NCBI GenBank assembly: GCA_050014195.1
Contig: JBEKDT010000002.1
Coordinates: 153-64,152, forward strand
DNA length: 64,000 bases
DNA from: Desulfomonilia bacterium
Lineage (GTDB): Bacteria; Desulfobacterota; Desulfomonilia; UBA1062
Direction: 5' to 3'
The notes under the pieces are model-generated. The model was not told the DNA's origin. It did no database searches and was given only the letters and a program-made list of their open reading frames with translations. The position numbers and the translations under genes were made by a program. How positions within the stretch are numbered: the first letter of the stretch is position 1; each line of letters starts with the position of its first letter. Shown here piece by piece: positions 10,708-22,745 of the stretch.

Positions 10708-11490
10708 TCAGATAGCCTGTTCATCTAAGCGGATCTCTTCCTTGAGGGCGCGTACGAACATCTCCTCAAGACTCGCCAGGTAGTCCTCGATGCTCCAGGA
10801 AACCTTGTACCCATGGGCCATCATCTCGATCCCTGCACCGATGGCACCCGAGACCTCATATCTGATGGGCACCTTTGGAGCAACATAGGGCCTTATGGCT
10901 TCTTCTATCCTCTTTTTCTGGTCAGGGATCAGCGCAAATGCGCTACGCACGACGATGATAGAACCTCCAGCCTTCAGCGAATCCTTGAGCTTATCCTGCT
11001 GCTCCTGGCTCATCTCGCGTATGCGCTCAGTGAAGACCTGCACCATCCTTTCCTCCAGGTCCTCGTTTGCCATGTCTGTAAGAACATGCCGTATGGTGTC
11101 ATAGATGTATGTGCCCGCCCTTCGGCGCAGATCCTCAAGGAAGGCCTTTTTCTCACGGCTGAGCGTCTCATACCAGCGCCGTCTCACCTGGTCCACTTCC
11201 TCGCGCACCTTGTCCATGAGCTGTTCTTTTTCGTGTTCAGAGGCTTTTTGTGCCTGGTTCATCAGTTCCTCGGCCTTGTCCTTAAGCTCCCGGTTCTTCT
11301 CATCATAGGCATCTGCAGATTGCTGGGCCTGGGCCTTGAGCCTCTCTGCCTCGCTGAACTGTGAGGCGATCTTGGACTCGCGGGCATCTATAGCACCCAG
11401 TATCCTGTTATAGAGAAAGTACTTGAGCAGGAATACCAGGATCAGGAAGTTGATGATCTGGGCGAGGAGAACAAACCAGTCGATGTGCAT
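10708..11490 (-). CDS. atpF: ATP synthase b subunit with C-terminal delta (OSCP)-like extension
   Basis: N-terminal single TM plus a long charged coiled coil. The C-terminal ~100 aa (IVVRSAFALIPDQKKRIEEAI...SGAIGAGIEMMAHGYKV) resembles the delta/OSCP C-terminus. No separate delta gene is present. Confidence 0.75.
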   Translation of the reverse strand: MHIDWFVLLAQIINFLILVFLLKYFLYNRILGAIDARESKIASQFSEAERLKAQAQQSADAYDEKNRELKDKAEELMNQAQKASEHEKEQLMDKVREEVDQVRRRWYETLSREKKAFLEDLRRRAGTYIYDTIRHVLTDMANEDLEERMVQVFTERIREMSQEQQDKLKDSLKAGGSIIVVRSAFALIPDQKKRIEEAIRPYVAPKVPIRYEVSGAIGAGIEMMAHGYKVSWSIEDYLASLEEMFVRALKEEIRLDEQAI

Positions 11491-11493
11491 CTA

Positions 11494-11805
11494 TCAACCC
11501 CCCTTGGTGACGGCCTTGGTAAGGGTGATGAAGTGATCCCAGAACGGATTGGCAAAGATCAGGATCATGGAGATCACGAAGCAGTAGATGGCAATGGACT
11601 CGATCATGGCCAAGCTGACGAACAAGGTCCTCATGATCGTGTTCTTCTCATCGGGCTGCTGGGCTATGGCGCTTACCGCCTGTTTGGCTGCCATGCCTTC
11701 GCCGAGGGCCGGCCCTATGGCGCCGATGCACATGGTCAAGCCGGCGGCAACGATTGAAGCAACTGCAATTACGGTCAGGCTGTCCATACTATACCTTCCT
11801 TTCAC
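11494..11805 (-). CDS. atpE: ATP synthase c subunit (proteolipid)
   Basis: Two-helix hairpin with a GxGxGxG-like helix 1 (IGPALGEGMAA) and ESIAIY in helix 2. Confidence 0.85.
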   Translation of the reverse strand: MKGRYSMDSLTVIAVASIVAAGLTMCIGAIGPALGEGMAAKQAVSAIAQQPDEKNTIMRTLFVSLAMIESIAIYCFVISMILIFANPFWDHFITLTKAVTKGG

Positions 11806-11824
11806 TTAAACGTTTATCTTAAAC

Positions 11825-12535
11825 CTAGTGCTTTTCTTTGAGTGTCTCCTGCTCGTGCGCCTGTGTTGCCGAGGCGATATACACCATGGCGAGGATTGCG
11901 AAGATATATGCCTGCACCATGCCGATCAACAGACCCAGGGCATTCATGACAATGGGAAAGAAGAGCGGGGTGACGGCGAGCAGGATGCCGATCACCTTGT
12001 CGTGGCTCATGATGTTCCCGAAGAGCCTGATAGAAAGTGCGAGCGTCCTGGTGAATTCCCCCATGACATGGAAGGGGAAGAAGATGAATGTGGGCTGGAA
12101 GTATTCCTTGAGGTATGCGAGCAGCCCTCGTTTTGTTATCCCGTACAGGGGCACGGCAATGAATACACATATGGCCAGTGCCGCTGTCGTCGTCAGGGAT
12201 GAGGTCGGTGCTACATATCCGGGGATGACGGCAAGGAGGTTGGACAGCCCGATGAAGAGGAAGAGCGTCCCGATAAAGGCCAGGTAGTGGTCCGGGTTGT
12301 CCTGGCTGATCTCCTTAATCTGGTCCCTGATGGTGGATACGATGACCTCGAGAAGGTTCTGCCAGCGCGTGATATGGATATCCGTTGAAAGCCTGTGCGT
12401 GGCAAGCCAGGAGAAAAAGAGCAATAGGGCCATGATGAGCCAGGTAAAGATCATGGTGGCGTTGATCTTGACGAACCACCACTGCCAGAGGATGATCTGG
12501 TCAGGGCTGATCTGGTTGAGCCTCAGGATCTCCAT
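11825..12535 (-). CDS. atpB: ATP synthase a subunit
   Basis: Polytopic membrane protein with the conserved LSIRLFGN arginine motif. Confidence 0.85.
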   Translation of the reverse strand: MEILRLNQISPDQIILWQWWFVKINATMIFTWLIMALLLFFSWLATHRLSTDIHITRWQNLLEVIVSTIRDQIKEISQDNPDHYLAFIGTLFLFIGLSNLLAVIPGYVAPTSSLTTTAALAICVFIAVPLYGITKRGLLAYLKEYFQPTFIFFPFHVMGEFTRTLALSIRLFGNIMSHDKVIGILLAVTPLFFPIVMNALGLLIGMVQAYIFAILAMVYIASATQAHEQETLKEKH

Positions 12536-12544
12536 GCAACTTCC

Positions 12545-12826
12545 TCACGACACCTTGGGCTTCCTGCCCAGACGGCGGACCATGATCTCACGTACAAGGA
12601 CAAAGCCCAGAAATGCAGCGACGAGGCGCTCCCACCGGCCCGCCATGACCAGGTAGAAGCCGAGCACCACCACCAGTATCCTGAGCATGAAACTACTGTA
12701 CATAAAATACCACGGGGTTTGTTCATCGGTCATCCTTCGCACCGAGGACCAGAGGTTCAGCGAGAAGAATGCCCCCAGTGCCATGCCCGCCCCAAAAGTA
12801 AATACGAGATAATATGCTCCGCCCAT
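12545..12826 (-). CDS. atpR: N-ATPase accessory small membrane protein (AtpR-like)
   Basis: 93-aa two-TM protein with conserved Arg residues. Its position between atpQ and atpB matches the N-ATPase operon. Confidence 0.6.
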   Translation of the reverse strand: MGGAYYLVFTFGAGMALGAFFSLNLWSSVRRMTDEQTPWYFMYSSFMLRILVVVLGFYLVMAGRWERLVAAFLGFVLVREIMVRRLGRKPKVS

Positions 12827-12932
12827 TCAATCAAATCCCCTGCACTTATTCTGTAATTGCGATGTAAGGCACACCTGCAATTCCCTTGAGCCCTGTCGTG
12901 GATTACGCTACGCTCCACCCACTCTGCATCCT

Positions 12933-12960
12933 AGTCATTAGTCACTGTTCATTGGTCACT
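12933..12960. repeat. Four tandem heptamers of the same RRTCAYT consensus
   Basis: agtcatt agtcact gttcatt ggtcact, immediately 3' of the atpQ stop on the minus strand. Confidence 0.65.
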
Positions 12961-12964
12961 ATCT

Positions 12965-13292
12965 TTATGTTTCCTCATCACTGTCCGTCTTCTCTCCCCA
13001 TCTTCCGCTCTTGCGTACCCAGTACCACGCATTCAGGCAGCCGATCATGACGCCTGCGATCAGGAGCATGAGGGTCCATGAGAACTGGCTCGGCCATGCC
13101 CTGTCGATTGAGAGCCCGATAGCCACCCCGATGAGGGTGGGAATGGCCACCGACCAGCCGACAATACCGAACATGCCGAGGCCGAACCATACGGTCTCCC
13201 CTTTTTCCTTTCTTCCACGGATCATGAGTGCTTCTTTCCTTTCCACTTCCCTGGTAAATTTTCTCATGATCTCGCGACGTCTTTTGCTTGAA

Positions 13293-13300
<8 letters not shown>
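12965..13300 (-). CDS. atpQ: N-ATPase accessory small membrane protein (AtpQ-like)
   Basis: 111-aa protein with a charged N-terminus and two TM helices, immediately after atpC as in N-ATPase operons. Confidence 0.6.
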
Positions 13301-15093
<1,793 letters not shown>

Positions 15094-15282
15094 TCATCAA
15101 ATTCTATACGCATCCCCTTGAGGAAATGAGAAAAAACTATTTATACTTAATTAAAGGGGATTCGCTCTGAGTCAAGGGTTGACTGTTGTTTCTCTAAATA
15201 AAAACATCTCAAGAGTAAAATTATCCTGTGGGAAATGGGTTAGACATATCGGCTTGATAGTTCAGTATTGCCTATTGCCGAT

Positions 15283-16080
15283 TCAGCGAAGATATGTACA
15301 AGCCCCATAGAAGCGGTCGCGATAATAGGAACTGGTAAGTGAATCGGCACAGATGTTCTTTCCTGTTCCCGGGGCATGGATAAACTTGTCATCACCAATG
15401 TATATGCCGACATGGCTGACGCGGCCGCTGCTGGATGTGACAAAGAAGACAAGGTCTCCTTTTTCCAGCTGGTCCTTCGCGACGGGCATGCCGCTCTTGT
15501 ACTGTTCTTCAGAGGTGCGCGGCACGTTTAAGCCGTTGAGCTGGTAGACGGCCATCACAAGCCCGCTGCAGTCAAGCGGGGCATTGAGTGAACAGCTCCC
15601 CCACTGATAGGGCAGGCCTATGAAGCTCTGTGCAGTATCCACGAGTTCATCCCTGACGGTTCCTTCACCGGAATGTCTGCCGCGTGCGATTGTATATTCG
15701 CCGGGTTTCACTACATAGAACACATCGATAATGCCGAGCTGCTGCAGCCTGCGGGCCTCGCCAATGGCATTGCCCTGGGATGCATAGTTCCCGAATCGGA
15801 CCTTGTACAGCCCGGAGCTGTGGGCGAAATAGAATGCATCAAGCCCCTGCTTCTCCAATTTCTTGGTGAGTCGGGCGGCATTGTCCACCTGTGAGAAGGC
15901 CCCGACCTGGATGGAATAGCCCATCTTCTGGGGGGCAGTGTAGGTTTGTGGCTTTGCCTTGAACCTTGTTTGGTATGGAGGAATTACCATCTTGTGGGTT
16001 GCACAACCAGACAGAAAGATTGAGAAAATAAGTATTACCGGAATAGCCAAGATACCGGCTCGCAACTTAAATCTTCCCAT
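15283..16080 (-). CDS. Lipoprotein with SPOR domain and NlpC/P60 (C40) peptidase domain
   Basis: LSGC lipobox; SPOR-like YSIQVGAFSQVDNAARL...YKVRFGNY; NlpC/P60 catalytic Cys (DCSGLV) and His (SHVGIYIG). Confidence 0.8.
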   Translation of the reverse strand: MGRFKLRAGILAIPVILIFSIFLSGCATHKMVIPPYQTRFKAKPQTYTAPQKMGYSIQVGAFSQVDNAARLTKKLEKQGLDAFYFAHSSGLYKVRFGNYASQGNAIGEARRLQQLGIIDVFYVVKPGEYTIARGRHSGEGTVRDELVDTAQSFIGLPYQWGSCSLNAPLDCSGLVMAVYQLNGLNVPRTSEEQYKSGMPVAKDQLEKGDLVFFVTSSSGRVSHVGIYIGDDKFIHAPGTGKNICADSLTSSYYRDRFYGACTYLR

Positions 16081-16246
16081 CCCCCTCCCTCATGAGCACC
16101 AGGGGTGCCGCCTAAACACTGGAATGCAGATGAGTTCTGTTTTGCTTCATAACAACTTGCAAGACTTTTGTCCATAATTCATTTTTTTAAAACGGCTTGT
16201 GATGCAAGGCTGTGGGAGTAAGCCTTACACCCCTCATGGATTCAGC

Positions 16247-16295
16247 AATCACTAATCACTATTCACTAATCACTGTTAACTGATCACTGGTTACT
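16247..16295. repeat. Seven tandem heptamers, consensus RRTCAYT (minus-strand ARTGAYY)
   Basis: aatcact aatcact attcact aatcact gttaact gatcact ggttact. The array overlaps the stop codon of the 16284..17501 gene and continues into its 3' flank. Confidence 0.7.
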
Positions 16296-17501
16296 CTTAC
16301 CATCCATTACCTCAATGAACCCTTCCAGCCTCGTCTTGAGCTGTTCGGGTTGATATCCGCGCGGGTCGGAGATGTCCATGTCCAGCATGAGAAAGGGGAT
16401 ATCAAGTTCTGCGAAGGTATCCTTAAGCAGCATGTGTGTGCTGTTGGAATGACGGCAGGCAGGGGTAGCAAATAACAGCGCACCATCGATTCCATACCCC
16501 TGAACCACATTTTTCATACTATCTGTCCTTCTGCCCACAGAGCCGATGAACGGGTTCCTGAGGCACTTCAAGGCCAGGCCCTCAAAGGGCTTGTCCTCAT
16601 CGATCTCATCCCAGAATACCCTGAAGGTCTCGCACAGGGGGATGCCAACCTGCCGGCTCTTCAGGATTTCGAATACGTTTGCCTGATAGGTGGGAAGCCA
16701 GGCAAACCAGAAGATACGGTGCTTCTCAGGCCTGTTGATCCCTTTTGCCATCTTATCCCTGATCTCATCGATGAGTTGTTTATCCAGCATCTCCTTGACC
16801 GGACTGCCGCAGAAGAGATTCCCGTGGAGAGAGTAGCCGATCATATCCCTGGGATTCATGGGCACGGGCCTGGTCTTGAGAAGATCAAGAATCACAAGCT
16901 GGAGCTTTCGGGACCTATTGGAGCTGCGTATCGCCTCTTTCAGTCTGTCCATATCAAGCCTTTGACCGGCGACCTCGCCTACCTTTCGGGCTGCTTCCCT
17001 GAGTTGTTTTTCCACGTAGAGCACGGAATCCTTCGTGATCTCCTGGGGCACATCGAGAAAGAAGGATTCTTTTTTCCAGAGAAATGAGAGGATGTCATTG
17101 GTCTTGCCCTTGCCATCGCAGTAATAGGAGGTGGTGGTCAGCAGGTCAGGCCTGGGTAAATAATTTTTGAAATATCCGCCAAGACTTGCCCTATGGAACG
17201 CGCACATATCCTGGGAATATCCCCGTTCTTCGGCCTCTATCATCAGGGGGACCCCTTGATTCATGGTGGACATCAGGGCTCCTGCAAGCTCAAAATCAAA
17301 GGGTATGACGTCGAACGCGGCCAGAATCTCCATGGGGAATGCATAGATGGATGTATAAATGACCCTTGAGTCCGGTTCGTATGCCTTCAGGAAGAGGCTG
17401 AACCATTCCTTGTACCACATGGTTTGAAATCTTTTATTTTCCTTCAGCCCTGTTTCCATGAGCTGTGTCATATTTTCCAGCATGGCCTTGAACATATGCA
17501 C
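16284..17501 (-). CDS. 2-hydroxyacyl-CoA dehydratase / benzoyl-CoA reductase family, D-component subunit (HgdB/BcrB-like)
   Basis: 405 aa with conserved Cys residues and the overall HGD-D family pattern; co-oriented with and adjacent to its partner subunit. Confidence 0.7.
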   Translation of the reverse strand: MHMFKAMLENMTQLMETGLKENKRFQTMWYKEWFSLFLKAYEPDSRVIYTSIYAFPMEILAAFDVIPFDFELAGALMSTMNQGVPLMIEAEERGYSQDMCAFHRASLGGYFKNYLPRPDLLTTTSYYCDGKGKTNDILSFLWKKESFFLDVPQEITKDSVLYVEKQLREAARKVGEVAGQRLDMDRLKEAIRSSNRSRKLQLVILDLLKTRPVPMNPRDMIGYSLHGNLFCGSPVKEMLDKQLIDEIRDKMAKGINRPEKHRIFWFAWLPTYQANVFEILKSRQVGIPLCETFRVFWDEIDEDKPFEGLALKCLRNPFIGSVGRRTDSMKNVVQGYGIDGALLFATPACRHSNSTHMLLKDTFAELDIPFLMLDMDISDPRGYQPEQLKTRLEGFIEVMDGKSNQ

Positions 17502-17507
17502 CCTCCC

Positions 17508-18572
17508 TTAATCAAGCATCTCAAGGAATGCCTCAACCTTAATCCGCGCCTTCTCAACATCCGACCACTCGTAATCGTTCTCCAGCACAAGACACCTGGC
17601 GCCTGCGGCAGCAACAGCCTCTTGAAATGCTGGAACATTATACGTGAGGTTGTCGCAGAACTTCACCTTGCTCACGATCACGCCATCTGCCTTAGTTGCT
17701 TCTATGGCCTTTTTTAGGTAATCGATCTGATCCGCAATGCCCATCATCCTGGCGCATTGGGGCTTCAACAGATAGCGCCCGGCAAGGGCTTCAAAAGGAT
17801 CTTGCGTGCCCTCCTCCACCATCAGCTCGTAATGCCTCATGCCGAAGCAGGTATCAAACCCGACTATTGCACCCCCTGCTGCCTCGATCATAAAGACCAG
17901 TTCCGGTCTGTTCAGGATGTTGCCGGTCACAAGGATATTCTTGCCGTTTTTGGCCGATGTCTTGCCCGTATGTGCCTGCAAAAGGCCTGTAATTTTTTCT
18001 TTAAGCCCTGCCGGATCAAGCCCTGACTCATCGTGCATCAGGGTAAAAACATCCGAACCCAGGATAGTGGTTTCATGGTTTTTCAGTGCCTGGTACAATT
18101 CCATCCATGCCGAGCGGAGATCATTCATCTGTCTTATGGCCGCACCCAGCCCTTCGCTTGTCACGGGTGTACCGCCGGGAAGCCCTTCAAGCTGGGATGC
18201 AAGCCTCCTGAATTCGGATGTGAAGAAGGTAATCGAATCGGCATCTCTTCTCTTGGGGATGTCCATGAAGAGTGCCACCGGCTTCTTGACACCTGCCTTC
18301 CAGAGGTCGTAGAGCTTCCTCATGGCATCGCATGAGTTTGCAAGGATGACTGCATCCATATCTGAGAATGCACCACCCAGAGCATCGGCAAACAGGCTCT
18401 TCACATAGCAGCATGTGTTGGGATAAATCCGGCTGTCCGCATCAGCACACTTTCCGTGAGGGATGAGCCTCCTTGGTGTGAAACCTGCAGCCATGACCAC
18501 CTCCACAGGCACATAGCAACAGGCATAACCCACTGTCATTGATCCGTTCATGCTCATGCTCCATTCCTTCAT
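17508..18572 (-). CDS. 2-hydroxyacyl-CoA dehydratase family, D-component subunit (HgdA/BcrC-like)
   Basis: N-terminal VGYACCYVPVEVVMAAGFTPRRL is typical of the HGD-D family; 354 aa. Confidence 0.7.
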   Translation of the reverse strand: MKEWSMSMNGSMTVGYACCYVPVEVVMAAGFTPRRLIPHGKCADADSRIYPNTCCYVKSLFADALGGAFSDMDAVILANSCDAMRKLYDLWKAGVKKPVALFMDIPKRRDADSITFFTSEFRRLASQLEGLPGGTPVTSEGLGAAIRQMNDLRSAWMELYQALKNHETTILGSDVFTLMHDESGLDPAGLKEKITGLLQAHTGKTSAKNGKNILVTGNILNRPELVFMIEAAGGAIVGFDTCFGMRHYELMVEEGTQDPFEALAGRYLLKPQCARMMGIADQIDYLKKAIEATKADGVIVSKVKFCDNLTYNVPAFQEAVAAAGARCLVLENDYEWSDVEKARIKVEAFLEMLD

Positions 18573-18879
18573 GTTATGGAATAATACCCATCATGAAGGA
18601 ACCCATCCCCCTTGTCGCCCCATGATAGGATAATGAGACCTTTTTTGATCAGAGCCAGCTTACACGTAGCATGTAATTAACCTGTAACTAATGAAGGAGA
18701 GTAAGCGCGGCATCCAGACGCAATCTACGCTCACGCATATGGACACTGTTAAAGAGGCTTGAACGGATATTGGTGAGGACAGAGACCCAAATCAAAGAGT
18801 CCGAAATATTATTGATCCTACCGTTACTCTTCTGGATATTGTTAAGGAACTATATAAAATGATATGAGGAGGTTATAAA

Positions 18880-19611
18880 ATGAGCAAACTGAATCTCACT
18901 GATAAGGCAAATCATTTCTCTATAGGAGGTAACAAAATGAAATTTATCAAGGTCAACATGATCATTATGTTCATCGTCGGTGTGTGTTTTTCCGGTTTAT
19001 GGGCCGACGACACCGGCTGGAAAAAGATCGGAGAGTCAAAGGGCATTGTAGGTTACACCAGGCCAACGTCCAAGAGTAGCGTTGAGGAGATAAAGGGGGT
19101 TGGTATTATTGAGGCACCTGTGGCTGTCATCGAGGCGCTCCTCCGCGACACGCCGGCGGGGACTGAATACATGTACAAGTGCAAGGAGGCCTCGGAAGTC
19201 AATACCCCGGAGCTCAAGAACACCGCGGATACCAAGTATTTCTATAATGTCACCTCCATGACGTATCCGGTGAGCGATCGGGATGTTGTTGGCAAGGCCG
19301 ACTGGTCCATCGACAAGGCAACCGGGACAGTCTATCTTCACGCAGAAGGCATCAAGTCAGATTATAAAATGGATAAGAAAAAGGTCAGGATGCCTTTTTT
19401 GATTGCGGATTATATCCTGGTGCCCAAAGGACCCGACAAGACCGAGGTCACCTATATAGCCTTGGCGGATCCGGGTGGTAACCTCCCGTCTTTTCTCGTA
19501 AACCTCCTCACTAAGAACCTGAGTATCCAAACCATCGCCGGCATGCGGGAGATGGTGAAGAAAGACAAATATAAGAACGTCAAATCGGTTGTTACCACAA
19601 CATTACATTAA
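18880..19611 (+). CDS. Secreted START/SRPBCC-like lipid-binding domain protein
   Basis: Strong GAGGAGG RBS; hydrophobic signal-anchor segment. Length and pattern (GWK...YRxP...beta-grip, C-terminal helix) are consistent with START/Bet v1-like proteins. Confidence 0.5.
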   Translation: MSKLNLTDKANHFSIGGNKMKFIKVNMIIMFIVGVCFSGLWADDTGWKKIGESKGIVGYTRPTSKSSVEEIKGVGIIEAPVAVIEALLRDTPAGTEYMYKCKEASEVNTPELKNTADTKYFYNVTSMTYPVSDRDVVGKADWSIDKATGTVYLHAEGIKSDYKMDKKKVRMPFLIADYILVPKGPDKTEVTYIALADPGGNLPSFLVNLLTKNLSIQTIAGMREMVKKDKYKNVKSVVTTTLH

Positions 19612-20120
19612 GAAAAATCGTTTCAAGACACGGCCTTCATCCTTCTGGAAGTCCGGTAGGATGGAGGTCGTGTGCATTCTGCATATGAATGTTAGGAATG
19701 TTAGGATAAATACTTGATTTTGAGTCGTTGGATCATGTCTCCTTCAAAGCTGTCCTTGATGTCCTCTATGAATCAATTCTTGTCAGGGGATGCTGTAACC
19801 ATGTATTGAGGCATTCATTATGGTTTATCAGGATAACACCATCAAAGCGTCCAGTGATACGTGCACACAGTGCAACGGATGCATAAGGTGCGGGGAAGAA
19901 TTTTGCATCTTCAATTCACATGGCAATGCAGAAGAATGCCATATGGTGATTTGTATATACTGCGAGCGGTTTTTACAGAAACAAAGGTTGTTCCTGAATA
20001 ATGTAGGCTGAAAAATCAATCAGCCATTTCTTGTTCAATGTCTTGTCAATGCCCTTGATCGACATTCATGGGTAAGTTTTGCCTTGACTGCTTGCAGAAC
20101 TCACCGTACCTACATGCGCA

Positions 20121-21275
20121 ATGGCAAATCATCCTGAGCAATTCTTCGACTTCGATACCCCTGTAGACCGCCGCAACACTGCGAGCCTCAAGTGGGACAA
20201 GTATAAAGGCCGGGACATCATCCCGTTATGGGTGGCGGATATGGATTTTAAGTCCCCTCCGGCCGTTATCACGGCGCTGCACAGGCACGCGGATCACGGT
20301 GTCTTCGGCTACACCATGCCGCCCGAGGACCTCCTGGAGGCTGTCATGTGCATGTTGGAGCACACACATGCATGGACAGTGAAACCCGAATGGATCGTGT
20401 GGCTGCCCGGCCTTGTGAGCGGCCTGAACATCGCCTGCCGTGCCGTGGGGGAGCAAGGTGATGCGGTCATCACTACCACCCCCGCCTACCCACCATTCCT
20501 GAGCGCCCCATCCCTCTCACAGCGCTCCCTCATCACTGTCGCCCATGTGGATGACGGCAGCAGATATATCTTCGACTTTCCCGGAATCGAGCGGGTCATG
20601 ACACTGCAAACAAGGATGTTCATCCTCTGCAACCCGCAGAACCCCACCGGCCGTGTCTTTACCCGTGATGAGCTCTTGCCTCTGGCCGAGATCTGCCTTC
20701 GTTATAATATCATTATTTGTTCAGACGAGATCCACTGCGGACTTGTCCTTGATCATGACAAGAACCACATCGTGCTGGCCTCCCTTGATAAAGAGATCGC
20801 CCTTAAGACCATCACCCTGCTCGCCCCCAGCAAGACCTACAACCTTCCCGGCCTTGGATGCTCCTTTGCCGTCATCCCGGATAAAGATCTTCGGTCTTGT
20901 TTTAGAAAGGTGATGAATGGCATTGTGCCCCATGTAAATGCCTTCGGCTATACCGCTGCCTTGGCTGCATATCGCGACTCCGAGGACTGGCGCTTGGCCC
21001 TCATTGACTATCTCAGAAAGAACCGGGACATGGTGGAGAATTTTGTTTTACGAGCACACGGCTTACGTCTGCACCATGTCGAGGCCACCTATCTTGCCTG
21101 GATCGACTGTCGTGGGTTGGGTGCTGCAAACCCTGCAGCCTTCTTTGATGCCGCCGGGGTCGGCCTGTCAAACGGTGCGGACTTCGAAGCCCCGGGCTTT
21201 GTTCGCCTCAATTTCGGCTGTTCTCGCAGTGTCCTGGCCGAGGCGCTTAGACGCATGGGAGATGCAGTAAGGTAA
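20121..21275 (+). CDS. PLP-dependent C-S lyase, aminotransferase class I/II (MalY/PatB-like cystathionine beta-lyase)
   Basis: N-terminal FDFDTPVDRRNTASLKWD, typical of the MalY/PatB family; 384 aa. Confidence 0.8.
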   Translation: MANHPEQFFDFDTPVDRRNTASLKWDKYKGRDIIPLWVADMDFKSPPAVITALHRHADHGVFGYTMPPEDLLEAVMCMLEHTHAWTVKPEWIVWLPGLVSGLNIACRAVGEQGDAVITTTPAYPPFLSAPSLSQRSLITVAHVDDGSRYIFDFPGIERVMTLQTRMFILCNPQNPTGRVFTRDELLPLAEICLRYNIIICSDEIHCGLVLDHDKNHIVLASLDKEIALKTITLLAPSKTYNLPGLGCSFAVIPDKDLRSCFRKVMNGIVPHVNAFGYTAALAAYRDSEDWRLALIDYLRKNRDMVENFVLRAHGLRLHHVEATYLAWIDCRGLGAANPAAFFDAAGVGLSNGADFEAPGFVRLNFGCSRSVLAEALRRMGDAVR

Positions 21276-21308
21276 TGAGCCAAGTAAGCATGCAAGATCA
21301 TACAATAA

Positions 21309-22046
21309 GTGAAAATCACGAACACACGGCCGCTGGGCTTGACCGGCAGTCTCCCCGGGAGTAGATGTGACTGCATGAATCCGGAAATGATGCAATACCT
21401 TCAACCTACACCGGCCGTGGACAACGACAACCCTGCGATTGTCGAGTTCGCCCTGAACAACTCCGGCACTTCCCCTGACCCGAAGGATCAGGCTGTCAGC
21501 CTTTATTATGCCGTGCGGGACGGCATCCGGTACGATCCTTATACCCTCGACCTCTCGATCGAAGGGCTCCGGGCAAGTACCACACTGCGTTCAGGCAGGG
21601 GCTGGTGCGTGGCCAAGGCAATCCTGCTGGCAGCATGCTGCCGGTCTGTAGGGGTTCCTGCACGGCTCGGTTTTGCCGATGTGCGCAATCACCTTACCAC
21701 TGCGCGTATGCGCGAGGTGATGAAGACCGACATATTCTACTGGCACGGGTACACATCCATATATTTGCATGGAACCTGGATCAAGGCCACACCGGCCTTC
21801 AATATCGAACTCTGCGAGAAATTCCGGTTCAAGCCCCTTGAATTTGACGGTCTTACAGACTCGGTCTACCACCCCTTTGACCTCGAGGGGAACAAACATA
21901 TGGAATATCTCAAGCATCGAGGAGAATTCGCGGATGTGCCCCTTGACCAGATGATGGAGACGTTTCGTAGAGAATATACTTCAGACGAATCCTGGAAAGA
22001 AACTGCGGACTTCGACCGCGAAGTCGAGCAGGAGAACATGGAGTGA
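21309..22046 (+). CDS. Transglutaminase-like cysteine protease superfamily protein
   Basis: GWCVAKAILLAACCRSVGVPARL Cys-containing core followed by His/Asp segments. The gene 3' end (21870-21987) is duplicated at 26228-26345. Confidence 0.65.
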   Translation: MKITNTRPLGLTGSLPGSRCDCMNPEMMQYLQPTPAVDNDNPAIVEFALNNSGTSPDPKDQAVSLYYAVRDGIRYDPYTLDLSIEGLRASTTLRSGRGWCVAKAILLAACCRSVGVPARLGFADVRNHLTTARMREVMKTDIFYWHGYTSIYLHGTWIKATPAFNIELCEKFRFKPLEFDGLTDSVYHPFDLEGNKHMEYLKHRGEFADVPLDQMMETFRREYTSDESWKETADFDREVEQENME

Positions 22047-22095
22047 AGCCGGAGCTCGGAAACAAGAAAATCAGCACGAGGGTGAGAGACCTCAA

Positions 22096-22587
22096 ATGTC
22101 CGATGTCAAGATCACAAAAGGTTATATCCCCGGAGCCATAGGCCGGGTTGCCGAGCTTAACGGCTCCTACTACCACAAGCATTGGGGGTTCGGGCTTATC
22201 TTCGAGGCGATGGTGGCAACCGACCTTTCAGCCTTCCTCAAACGATATGATGAAACACGCGACGGTTTCTGGACTGCCTTGCTCGATGGCCGTATTGAAG
22301 GCCACATTACCATCGACGGAATCCATGCAGAAAGCAAGGGTGCACATCTTCGGTATTTCATTGTTTCAGATGTCTTGCGTGGGAAAGGCGTCGGCAGCCG
22401 GCTCATCGATTCAGCCATAGACTTCTGCAGGAACTCCGGACACAAAGGAGCGTACCTCTGGACATTTGAAGGTCTTGACGCGGCAAGACATCTTTATGAA
22501 AAGTCCGGTTTTAAGCTCGTTGAACAACTCAGAGGATCCCGGTGGGGTGTTGAAGTCAATGAACAGCGTTTCGATTTGTTGTTTTAG
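22096..22587 (+). CDS. GNAT family N-acetyltransferase
   Basis: RGKGVGSRLIDSAIDFC acetyl-CoA binding motif; 163 aa. Confidence 0.8.
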   Translation: MSDVKITKGYIPGAIGRVAELNGSYYHKHWGFGLIFEAMVATDLSAFLKRYDETRDGFWTALLDGRIEGHITIDGIHAESKGAHLRYFIVSDVLRGKGVGSRLIDSAIDFCRNSGHKGAYLWTFEGLDAARHLYEKSGFKLVEQLRGSRWGVEVNEQRFDLLF

Positions 22588-22745
22588 TTGCGTGCGGAAA
22601 AGTTCAATCATGGAATTAGGATATTTTATGTTTGAGAATATCAATCAGTTAGAAATATAATAAGCTGAAAGATCAAATTCTCGATTGAGAAGCGGCCAGT
22701 CAATGAGGGAAGACACGCCGAATGTACGAAGCAGGTTACTTGGGT

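Noticed and set aside
10813-12287. Multiple + strand ORFs (10813..11364, 11828..12202, 11838..12287) inside the atp operon
   Set aside because: They overlap the well-supported atpF, atpE and atpB genes on the opposite strand, and their translations are compositionally biased and Cys/Ser/Arg-rich.
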